A stretch of DNA of 64,000 bases. Source: an uncultured Methanosarcinales archaeon. GTDB taxonomy: Archaea; Nanobdellota; Nanobdellia; Woesearchaeales; CAXGTL01. Location: assembly GCA_964645705.1 (NCBI GenBank), contig CAZYAB010000002.1, positions 88,155 through 152,154 of the forward strand, given 5' to 3'. The translations under genes and the position numbers were made by a program. Below, piece after piece: positions 1 through 8,065 of the stretch; position 1 is the stretch's first letter, and each line of letters begins with the position of its first letter. A model generated the notes under the pieces. The model was not told the DNA's origin. It made no database searches and saw only the letters and a program-made list of their open reading frames with translations.

Positions 1-516
1 TCTGAAAGACAAAAAAGGCTTTATAATCTAAGAGGAAATGATAAATTCCATCCTCTTGTGTTTACGCATGGTGATTCTAAATGGGATAATTGGATTAATG
101 GAGTTTTGCTTGCAGATTTTGGAAGTACAAAGATCCAGACAGAGTACAAAGACATTGCAAAATCTTTGTTAGATTGTATCTATATTCATTCACCAAAAAT
201 CATAGACGGTTATATTGAGATTTATGAAAAACTTAGAAAAATATTTAGCAGACCTATGAGAGAATCATTAGATTCATTCAAAAGAAATGTTTATGATGCA
301 ATTCTTACAGAAAGTGTAAGAACAATTTATTACAAACACCAAATACCTGGTAAGGAATATTTAGTAAAGCAATTAGTTAAAATTGCAGAAACATATGCTG
401 ATAAAATAATTGAAATGGAAAAAGAAGATACTTTGTTTAATGATATTACAAGAAAATTTTCAGATCTTGGTAAGAGATTGGAGGGAATAAAAAATGAACA
501 TAAAAGAAGATCGTGA
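1..516 (+). CDS. Aminoglycoside/choline phosphotransferase (APH-like kinase) family protein, 5'-truncated by the window edge
   Basis: Frame is open from position 1 (SERQKRLY...). It contains HGDSKWDNW and LLADFG, matching the HGDxxxxN and DFG motifs of APH-type kinases. Confidence 0.6.
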   Translation, partial: SERQKRLYNLRGNDKFHPLVFTHGDSKWDNWINGVLLADFGSTKIQTEYKDIAKSLLDCIYIHSPKIIDGYIEIYEKLRKIFSRPMRESLDSFKRNVYDAILTESVRTIYYKHQIPGKEYLVKQLVKIAETYADKIIEMEKEDTLFNDITRKFSDLGKRLEGIKNEHKRRS

Positions 517-1282
517 TTGGCTTAAAAAAGCAATTGCTAATGATAAGCTTAATCCATTGTATAAACAAACAGAAGGCCATTATATAGAACCTATTTTAAT
601 ATTTGATAATGAATGGGTATTGATTAGGAATGATTGGGATTTGGTTGGAAAAGCAATTGCAGAGGCTTTTAATGTTCAATTATATGGTGGGAAACAAACA
701 AAAGAAAATTTCAAAGTTGATGTTGGTGAAGAACATCATTTACTTTATCAATGGAGCTCTGGATTAATAGAACAAGGTAAGTTTTGGGGGACTGTTTTAG
801 AAAGAGTGTATAATTTAGAACCAACAAAACAAAACATTGAAAAAATAAGTAAATGCCTAGAATTATTAACTACCGAAATAAATTATCCAATGATTGATTT
901 AGTAAAAAGATTGAAAAAAGCAGGATATAAAACAATCATGCTTTCTAATTCAACAAAAGAGATCAATGATGGCAATAATCAGAGATGTGAACAAGAAGGA
1001 TATAATTATTTTGATTTATTTGATAAGGCATATTTTTCGTTTAAAACTCATATTAGAAAACCATCTAAAGAATCATATGAAAATGTTCTTAATGATAATG
1101 GTTTGAAAGCAGAACAATGCATTTTTATAGATGACAAAGACATTAATTTAAGAGGGGCAAATGATTGCGGGATCTATGCAATAAAATATAAAATGCCAAA
1201 ATCAAATGAATCTTCTTATGAACTTGTCAGATCAGTGGAAAATCTAGAATATAAATTAAAAAGATTAGGATTAAAGTTCTAA
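494..1282 (+). CDS. HAD-superfamily hydrolase (subfamily IA, YihX-like)
   Basis: IFDNEWVL (motif I variant), LSNS (II), RKP (III), FIDD (IV). Confidence 0.75.
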   Translation: MNIKEDRDWLKKAIANDKLNPLYKQTEGHYIEPILIFDNEWVLIRNDWDLVGKAIAEAFNVQLYGGKQTKENFKVDVGEEHHLLYQWSSGLIEQGKFWGTVLERVYNLEPTKQNIEKISKCLELLTTEINYPMIDLVKRLKKAGYKTIMLSNSTKEINDGNNQRCEQEGYNYFDLFDKAYFSFKTHIRKPSKESYENVLNDNGLKAEQCIFIDDKDINLRGANDCGIYAIKYKMPKSNESSYELVRSVENLEYKLKRLGLKF

Positions 1283-2211
1283 TCACTTTCTTTTTTTATC
1301 AACCCAAACAAAACAGTTGAACATAAGTGAACATTTCTTATGATCTCACCAATTCTATACAGAACAACATTTTCAATTCCTTTTTTCTTTTGCAATAATT
1401 TGTAAACATCATTCTTTAGTAATTTATCTTTAAGAACACCCACTTTGTGATTAAGTTCAATATTTTTTTTATAGAATGCATTGTAAAATGTGTTGTACAT
1501 TTCATTTGTTTCTCCAAGCAACTTAATTATGTCTTTTCCTAATTTAAATTTCTTTTTCTTATTCAGAAATGCATACAAATAATAATAAGCATGATGAGCA
1601 ATTGACAATTTAGATACTAGATAGAACAATAAATAAGAATCTTTTGTACCTTCTATCTTGTTTCTGATAATAACTCTTCTTGTAAAATTAGTATAATGAT
1701 CAACTATGTCTTTTTGTTCTTTTCTTTTCTGTAGATTTTTTAATTTACCTGACTTAATATCTTCTAACATTTCTTGTGATTCTTGTTTAATTATCAAGAA
1801 GATTTTTCTTAAGATTACGTCGAATTTTGTTGATGATGGTTCTGCAATATTTTGCACAACACAAACATCATCTGTTTCTTTTGTAACTTCAAATCCTAAT
1901 AATGTTTTTCTTGTTATTTCTTTGACATCTTCTAATTGTTGTTTTGTATGGTATTTAAGAGTAATCTTGTCAAAACCTTTTCTATATGTCTGATTTAATA
2001 TATTTCTAACTGTTCTTTCATTATAATCAGCAAGATCAAATCTAATAGCAACTTCAGGACTCTTTATATAAATTGGATGAACAATTAATTTAGAATCTTC
2101 TTCATTTATCTGTAATTCATCCCCGTATTTTAACTTGTTCTCATCTATCCATTTCTTTGGTAAATAGATAGTATACCCGCCTAATCCTTGCTTTATGATT
2201 TTTCTCTTCAT
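1279..2211 (-). CDS. AbrB/SpoVT DNA-binding domain plus PhoU-like helical domain regulator (paralog 1)
   Basis: N-terminus MKRKIIKQGLGGYTIYLPKKWI...GDEL is typical of archaeal AbrB-PhoU regulators, and the C-terminus is helical. TTTATAAA lies about 26 nt upstream, suggesting a leaderless mRNA. Confidence 0.8.
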   Translation of the reverse strand: MKRKIIKQGLGGYTIYLPKKWIDENKLKYGDELQINEEDSKLIVHPIYIKSPEVAIRFDLADYNERTVRNILNQTYRKGFDKITLKYHTKQQLEDVKEITRKTLLGFEVTKETDDVCVVQNIAEPSSTKFDVILRKIFLIIKQESQEMLEDIKSGKLKNLQKRKEQKDIVDHYTNFTRRVIIRNKIEGTKDSYLLFYLVSKLSIAHHAYYYLYAFLNKKKKFKLGKDIIKLLGETNEMYNTFYNAFYKKNIELNHKVGVLKDKLLKNDVYKLLQKKKGIENVVLYRIGEIIRNVHLCSTVLFGLIKKESD

Positions 2212-2255
2212 ATTTATATATGTTTGTTTTGATTATTTATAAATTTTTCTATATA

Positions 2256-2303
2256 ATATCATTAATATTAATCATATCAGCAAGATATTAATAATTTATT
2301 TAC
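2256..2303 (+). promoter_or_regulatory. Palindromic operator plus TATA-like module, copy A
   Basis: ATATCATTAATATTAATCATAT-N8-TATTAATAA-TTTATTTAC, with the same spacing as four other copies. Confidence 0.7.
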
Positions 2304-2379
2304 TATTCTAATATATAATAATCATTCTGCACCCTAAAAAAAGCCAGGTGATAGATACCAATACGCGGAGGAGATAAAT

Positions 2380-2514
2380 ATGTATGATTTAGAAGATATC
2401 ATGGAACTAGGCTCAGAAAGACAAAGAGCACAAGTTACAGCAATGTATCTTTCAGACATAGTTAAAGAAAAAGACGAACCTTTGCTAACAAGATTTGACT
2501 ATGACGATGAATAA
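2380..2514 (+). CDS. Small acidic protein, 44 aa (not in the ORF track)
   Basis: GGAGGAG RBS at 2367-2373. Reads MYDLEDIMELGSERQRAQVTAMYLSDIVKEKDEPLLTRFDYDDE*, and its stop lies 2 nt before the TPR gene. Confidence 0.6.
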   Translation: MYDLEDIMELGSERQRAQVTAMYLSDIVKEKDEPLLTRFDYDDE

Positions 2515-2516
2515 AA

Positions 2517-3665
2517 ATGGCACTAGATAAAAAAACATTAAGACAAGAAAAAAGTGCATTTGAATTAGTAGATAGGATGAATAATAAACTTTGTGGATTG
2601 TGCCCAGAAAAGATAAATGAATATATTCGTCACAATCCTGATGATTCAGATGCTTATGTTGTAAAAGGAATAATGATGCAGAAAGGGGACTATACAGAAG
2701 CATTACAATTCTTTAGATATGCAATGGACAAGTTTCCTGACAATAACCTCTTATTCTTTGCAAAAGGAACACTTTATGAGCACCACAATCTCTCAGACTA
2801 TGCAATTGCTTGTTTTGAAAGATCATTGCAAATAAATCCTAATACCTTCGAATCAATTGTTAACTTAGGAACATTATATAATAGAAAAGGCAAATATGAA
2901 AAAGCAAAAAAATATTGGAACCAAATAATTGAAATGGATCCTAGTTTGGATATAGGATGGTTTGGTTTGTCAAAGTCTGAATATAATTTACAGGATTATG
3001 ATAATGCGCTAGAACATCTGAACAAAGCTATTGAAAATGTGCCAAAAGATTGTTATCTTGCGCACAGAGGTTCTTCAGAAATGGTTTTAGCATCATATAT
3101 TATGAGCAGAGCAGAATTCTATCTTAATAATGATAAAATAGATGATGCAATGAAAGATATTGAACAAGCATTTAAAGTCGATAAAGAAACAACTGCTAAA
3201 TCAATAGAACAAGCTTCTTTTCATTTTTTAAAAAATGATAGAGCAGATATTGCAAGACTTTTAACAGAAAAATTAGTTGATCTAGAACCAAGGATAGTTG
3301 AAAGTCCTTTTTATAATCCGACTCTTGCTGCACTGCACTTAATAGAAGGTAATCATGAAAAAGCAGAAGAAATATGTATAAGTGAATTGGTAAAATTAGG
3401 TATTGATGAAATTACTTTAATGAATACAAAAGCAAGATTCTTAGCAGCAACTGGTAATCTTGAAGAATCAATCAAAGTATGCGAACAAATAATTGAAAAA
3501 ACAAATGATTATGGCCACGCATTAAATATAATTGGAATGGCAAAACAAATTGGCGATGATGAAACAGCGAATAAATATAAAAAAATCATAAAAAAAGACA
3601 AAGATTTAGTTGCTAAATTAAAGTCTAAGTTTGGCGACAGCAGAATTGATGATGTTCTAGAATAA
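2517..3665 (+). CDS. Tetratricopeptide repeat protein
   Basis: Multiple TPR units, e.g. AIACFERSLQINPNTFESIVNLGTLYNRKGKYEKAKKYWNQIIEMDP. Confidence 0.9.
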   Translation: MALDKKTLRQEKSAFELVDRMNNKLCGLCPEKINEYIRHNPDDSDAYVVKGIMMQKGDYTEALQFFRYAMDKFPDNNLLFFAKGTLYEHHNLSDYAIACFERSLQINPNTFESIVNLGTLYNRKGKYEKAKKYWNQIIEMDPSLDIGWFGLSKSEYNLQDYDNALEHLNKAIENVPKDCYLAHRGSSEMVLASYIMSRAEFYLNNDKIDDAMKDIEQAFKVDKETTAKSIEQASFHFLKNDRADIARLLTEKLVDLEPRIVESPFYNPTLAALHLIEGNHEKAEEICISELVKLGIDEITLMNTKARFLAATGNLEESIKVCEQIIEKTNDYGHALNIIGMAKQIGDDETANKYKKIIKKDKDLVAKLKSKFGDSRIDDVLE

Positions 3666-4541
3666 TCAATCATCAAACTTTAATGTAAATATGTCGCCAT
3701 ATAAAGAATTCAATAATCTTGCTAGATTATGAAAATGAATAGTTGCTTTATTAACTTTTTTTGTTAATTTTATCTTATTCTTTAATCTATAAGTCATTAT
3801 AGAGTGTTCTTTGTACTTATTCACGTCATATTTATAGAATAATTCATGTGCTGCTCTTAGAATCTCTGTTATTTTATTTCTAAGTTTTCTACCTCTGTTT
3901 CTTGAACTAATATTTGAACAAAAATCTAATAATAACCACCTAAATTCATCAGATATTTTTTCTAGTCTGTCTAAAATTAAGTAATAAAGGTGGGTTTTTT
4001 TAAATTCAATGTGTCCTTTTTTCATGAGTATTCTTTGACAATAATTAATTAATTTCTTTATGTTTTTGTCTAAGGACTTTACTTGAATAGCATCAGCTTT
4101 GGCTTCTGAAAGTTCGATCAATAAAAGTAGTATTCTTCTAAATACAACTTTAAAATCTTCTTCTGATTCTTTTGTTATTTCTTTTATTATTATGTATTCA
4201 TTTTTTTGCTCAACTATTTCACAACCTATTAATTTTTGTTCTATTATCTCTATAATCCTTGACAATACTTTATTGTCGATAAAACTAATTTTTATTTCAT
4301 CAACACCTGCTCTATAGAGTCCTTGGAGAACCTTGATAATAGATCCAGCATAATCCTCAGAATTGATATTGTGTCTTTTTTGTGGTCCTTTGTGTGAAGA
4401 AATAATTATCTTATCACCAACTATGTCTAATTCGATTTTTCTTACTTTATCTAATCCTTCTTGTTTAACCCATTCTATTGGTAATGTCACTGTGTATGAT
4501 TTTCTTTTCTTTGGTCCTTGGGCTGTTAATTTCTTTTCCAT
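3666..4541 (-). CDS. AbrB-PhoU-like regulator (paralog 2)
   Basis: KLTAQGPKKRKSYTVTLPIEWV AbrB motif and GLYRAGVDEIKI shared with the paralogs. Start placed at ATG 4541 from TATA spacing; the track gives 4562. Confidence 0.8.
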   Translation of the reverse strand: MEKKLTAQGPKKRKSYTVTLPIEWVKQEGLDKVRKIELDIVGDKIIISSHKGPQKRHNINSEDYAGSIIKVLQGLYRAGVDEIKISFIDNKVLSRIIEIIEQKLIGCEIVEQKNEYIIIKEITKESEEDFKVVFRRILLLLIELSEAKADAIQVKSLDKNIKKLINYCQRILMKKGHIEFKKTHLYYLILDRLEKISDEFRWLLLDFCSNISSRNRGRKLRNKITEILRAAHELFYKYDVNKYKEHSIMTYRLKNKIKLTKKVNKATIHFHNLARLLNSLYGDIFTLKFDD

Positions 4542-4594
4542 ATTCATTAGATATATTGCCAACTATTTAAACTTTTCGTTAGTTATAGTGTATA

Positions 4595-4642
4595 ATATTA
4601 CAAATATTTTGTATTAGTTTAAACTATATATATCTGGTTTAC
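4595..4642 (+). promoter_or_regulatory. Operator plus TATA-like module, copy B (divergent)
   Basis: ATATTACAAATATTTTGTATTA-N8-TATATATAT-CTGGTTTAC. It keeps the central AATATT and terminal TTTAC spacing. Confidence 0.5.
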
Positions 4643-4695
4643 TTCCTAATTCCTGCGGTGATGGAGATTTTTTAGACAATAAGGAGGCGGATAAA

Positions 4696-5007
4696 ATGGA
4701 AAATTTGGAAAAAGTAATAAGACAAGATTGGGACGAATCTGAAAGAGGCTGGGGATGCAGATCAGACGGTTGTTCTCTACACCTTAGCATAGAGGACAGG
4801 GATTCCTATGTAAGAGACTACTGGAGCACTATGCCTGATGAAGCACCTGATGAGTATGAAAGACCAGAAGGCGAACCATATGCTGTGTATATTGAGAAAG
4901 AGTTGTATGATCAAGTAGCACAGTCATCTAATGGAATCAGGCTGTCTAAGCATAAATTATTAGGATGTTCAACTGGAAAGAGAATAAAGATGCTTCGTGA
5001 CGTTTGA
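4696..5007 (+). CDS. Hypothetical protein
   Basis: AGGAGG RBS upstream, 103 aa, followed by a T-run. Confidence 0.7.
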   Translation: MENLEKVIRQDWDESERGWGCRSDGCSLHLSIEDRDSYVRDYWSTMPDEAPDEYERPEGEPYAVYIEKELYDQVAQSSNGIRLSKHKLLGCSTGKRIKMLRDV

Positions 5008-5070
5008 TACAATATAAATATTTTTTTTTATAATCCAAATCAGCCCAAAATAAGGGCATTTTCCAATATA

Positions 5071-5118
5071 ATATCATTAATATTAATGATATGCAATAAC
5101 TATTAATAACTTGTTTAC
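5071..5118 (+). promoter_or_regulatory. Operator plus TATA-like module, copy C (upstream of the gene run leading into the pupylation-like operon)
   Basis: Perfect 22-bp palindrome ATATCATTAATATTAATGATAT (5071-5092), then N8-TATTAATAA-CTTGTTTAC. 5066-5092 matches 2251-2277 at 26/27 positions. Confidence 0.75.
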
Positions 5119-5185
5119 ACTATATATTACTATACAAGAAAGAGGTTCTGATAGAGATTCCAATTAACTAACTAAGGTGAAAACT

Positions 5186-5440
5186 ATGTGTAAAGAAAGA
5201 ACATGCGGGAAATACCAAATTCCTCTTGACAGGATTGCAAAAGCTGCTAAAAAGCTTGAAGGCATGACTGTAAGGCCAGGAACAAAACACCCATACATAA
5301 TGGTACATCCTAGTATGGAAAAATCGTGTCCTGTTGCAAAAACAAGCGATGCAAAGAAGATGATTGTTCCATGGATCATGGAAGCAACTGGTTATGATCA
5401 TAGGACAGTTTACCAAGGTATTAGAAAAGGTAAGTGGTAG
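5186..5440 (+). CDS. Small basic protein, possibly HicA-like (dsRBD fold)
   Basis: AGGTGA RBS then ATG at 5186. VRPGTKHPYIMVHP...CPVA resembles the HicA GxH...HP...VP pattern. Confidence 0.45.
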   Translation: MCKERTCGKYQIPLDRIAKAAKKLEGMTVRPGTKHPYIMVHPSMEKSCPVAKTSDAKKMIVPWIMEATGYDHRTVYQGIRKGKW

Positions 5441-5495
5441 ATAAAAAAGAGCACATGGTAGAGATCAAGTAAAAAACCTAACCAAGGTGAAAAAT

Positions 5496-5657
5496 ATGAA
5501 AAACGAATATGTAAAACGATTGGAAAACATTGCAGATGTTGTAAAAGAAATCTATGTACTGAATGCAGAATCAAAAGTACGTGAAGCACGAGAGTATAAA
5601 GTAATGAAGAATGGTGAAGTTTACTCTGCAAAAGAACTAAGACTATCACTTGAATGA
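5496..5657 (+). CDS. Small hypothetical protein, 53 aa (not in the ORF track)
   Basis: AGGTGA RBS at 5485-5490. Reads MKNEYVKRLENIADVVKEIYVLNAESKVREAREYKVMKNGEVYSAKELRLSLE*. Confidence 0.6.
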   Translation: MKNEYVKRLENIADVVKEIYVLNAESKVREAREYKVMKNGEVYSAKELRLSLE

Positions 5658-5697
5658 TTTGAACAAATAAATTAATAAAGCAAGAGGCTGACAAAAA

Positions 5698-6468
5698 ATG
5701 AAAATAGCAAAAGGATTGTATGACGTGATTTTTAATAATTTTAAACCTAAAGCAAAATCACATGCTTGTACTGGCAGAATCCCTGATTATACAGAAGTAA
5801 TGGAAAGATTGAATTGGGGAAGAAAAGACGAACAATTCGAAATAAACAAAGCATTTTCACAGCCAATATATGAATCATTAGAGGCAATGCTTGGCAATTC
5901 TGTGAATAAGTATGGTTCCAGAAGAAAGATTGCTGAACTAGATGCATCACTATCAATGAACAGGTTTGGTTTTGATGGTTATGCTAGACAAGTTAGAGAT
6001 GTTCAAGAAGGAACAAAAGATTTCATGGTACACGGAAGTACAAATAAGTTAGGATATCATTTGTTGATAGATAATGATAATATTGAACTTTTGGTAGAAT
6101 ATAAAAAAGATAAAAACCCAGAAATCTTTATTTTCAATAGAAATAATCTAAATGATCGTTTACATTTTAGACTTGCTAAAGATGGTTCTGTTAATGTAGT
6201 TAATTCTTCAGGCATGACATGTGGACAAGCACTCAAAGTCTTCGAAGCTTACAAACCATTCTTGATAAAACTAAAACAAAACAAGAATTTCAAAGATTTA
6301 TACAAAAAAGATGAAGATGAAGAAAAAAATCATGCACTTGCAGCTTATCTAGATGAAGCACAAATCATGAAAGAAAAAATGGAGCTTAAGAAAAGGAAAA
6401 ATGAAAGAGAAAAATACCCAAAACATGTTTACACAAGCCCTAAGCAAATTAAAATCAATTTTAAATAA
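5698..6468 (+). CDS. Hypothetical protein immediately upstream of the ARC ATPase
   Basis: 256-aa ORF with GAGG RBS; no recognised motif. Confidence 0.7.
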   Translation: MKIAKGLYDVIFNNFKPKAKSHACTGRIPDYTEVMERLNWGRKDEQFEINKAFSQPIYESLEAMLGNSVNKYGSRRKIAELDASLSMNRFGFDGYARQVRDVQEGTKDFMVHGSTNKLGYHLLIDNDNIELLVEYKKDKNPEIFIFNRNNLNDRLHFRLAKDGSVNVVNSSGMTCGQALKVFEAYKPFLIKLKQNKNFKDLYKKDEDEEKNHALAAYLDEAQIMKEKMELKKRKNEREKYPKHVYTSPKQIKINFK

Positions 6469-6487
6469 AGAACAAGGAGGATTAAAA

Positions 6488-8047
6488 ATGACTGATGAAG
6501 AAAATATAATAAATATTGGTGAAACAATAAATAGACCTGATTTAAGACAAAGGCAACCAGATTTAGCACAACAAAACCTGGCGTTAAAAGATAGGCTAGG
6601 AAAATTCGAACTTTTAGCACACAAACAAAGAGAAAAGCTAGAAGAAGCACAAGCATTTGTTCAAAAAGTTTTATCACCGCCGCACACATTAGCAACATTG
6701 CTAAATTTTAATGAAGAAGTTGCTCAGGTTGTTATGGATAATGGACAAAAATTTGAAGTTAATTATATAAACGAATTATTAGAAAATTTTGAAAAAGGTC
6801 AAAGAGTTTACCTAAACCCGCAATCATTATCAATTGTAAAAATAAAAGACAAAGAAAATCATGGTTATTGTGCTGTTATTGACGATGTATTAGAAGACAG
6901 GGTTAAGATAACTATAGATGGCAGACAAAGACTGATTGACAAAGGCAATAATGGTGTAAACATAGGTGACACTGTGATTGTTGACGCATCATTGTCAATG
7001 GTATTAGAAGGACTTGGTAAACAAAGTAAAGATTATTCTGTAAACAAGATTGAAGAAGTAAGATGGGATATGATTGGTGGTTTGGATTATGCTGTTAATG
7101 ATATAATGAAGATAATTGAAGAACCATTTTTGCATAAAGAAACATATCAAAGATACGGACTTAGCATTCCAAAAGGAATATTGCTTCATGGTCCGCCTAG
7201 ATGTGGTAAGACAATGATTGCAAAAGCAGTTGCTTATTCATTGCAAGAAAAACTTAGACAAGAATCAGAAAACCCTGATCTAAAAGGAACTTTCTTTAGT
7301 ATAAAAGGACCAGAATTCCTTAGCAAATGGGTTGGTGAAGGAGAACGTATGGTAAGAGAATTATTTGATAGAGCAAGACAAGCTTCATATGAACACCAAG
7401 GAATGCCGACTATAATCTTTTTTGATGAAGCAGAATCCTCATTCAAGAAAAGAGGATCAGACATGTCAGCGCATTACATGGATCCATTGATAAACACATT
7501 TTTAGCTGAAATGGATGGTATGAATGGTTCAGATAACTTGATCTGGATCTTGGCAACTAATAGAGCAGACCTAATGGACCCTGCAATTTTAGGCCCTGGA
7601 AGAATAGATAAAAAGATCTATATTGGTAGGCCTGACAAAAAAGCATGCCAAGCAATATTCGAGATCTATCTAAAGAATGTCCCATTATATAATTCACATA
7701 CAATCGAACAGATTGCTGAACATGCTGCATCAGAATTATTCAGTGACAAGAGAAAAATTGCACAAGTTGATTTTGTAGATGGAATGAAAGATTTTATGCA
7801 TTATAGAGACATTGTAAGCGGAGCTCTTGTTAAATCAGTTGTTGACAATGCAATCAGGTATGCAATTGAAAGAGATATTGCGAATGGTGAAAGAGGAATC
7901 AAGCAAGAAGATTTGCTAAGAGCAATTGATGAAGTAATAAAAGCAGATGAAAAGGTTTTGCCAAGCATGATTCTTAAAGATGATATTGAGAACAAGTTTG
8001 GTAAGAGGTTCCAATATATCCAAGGAATCAATCCGTATAGCGGATAG
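6488..8047 (+). CDS. arc: ARC/Mpa-type proteasomal AAA+ ATPase
   Basis: N-terminal coiled coil ending LSPP, two OB-like segments, Walker A GPPRCGKT, IKGPEFLSKWVGEGER, Walker B IIFFDEAES, ATNRADLMDPAIL and the Mpa-like C-terminal HYRDIVSGALVKSVVDNA. GGAGG RBS at 6476 supports a start at 6488. Confidence 0.88.
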   Translation: MTDEENIINIGETINRPDLRQRQPDLAQQNLALKDRLGKFELLAHKQREKLEEAQAFVQKVLSPPHTLATLLNFNEEVAQVVMDNGQKFEVNYINELLENFEKGQRVYLNPQSLSIVKIKDKENHGYCAVIDDVLEDRVKITIDGRQRLIDKGNNGVNIGDTVIVDASLSMVLEGLGKQSKDYSVNKIEEVRWDMIGGLDYAVNDIMKIIEEPFLHKETYQRYGLSIPKGILLHGPPRCGKTMIAKAVAYSLQEKLRQESENPDLKGTFFSIKGPEFLSKWVGEGERMVRELFDRARQASYEHQGMPTIIFFDEAESSFKKRGSDMSAHYMDPLINTFLAEMDGMNGSDNLIWILATNRADLMDPAILGPGRIDKKIYIGRPDKKACQAIFEIYLKNVPLYNSHTIEQIAEHAASELFSDKRKIAQVDFVDGMKDFMHYRDIVSGALVKSVVDNAIRYAIERDIANGERGIKQEDLLRAIDEVIKADEKVLPSMILKDDIENKFGKRFQYIQGINPYSG

Positions 8048-8065
8048 AATCTAGGAGAAAACAAA

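Noticed and set aside
1279..2211. Calling the AbrB-PhoU-like genes true phoU phosphate regulators
   Set aside because: No pst/pit genes are nearby and the PhoU metal-binding motifs are not clearly conserved. Only the domain architecture is supported.
6401..6487. ORF-track N-terminal extension of ARC
   Set aside because: It overlaps the upstream gene, and a strong GGAGG RBS supports ATG 6488.
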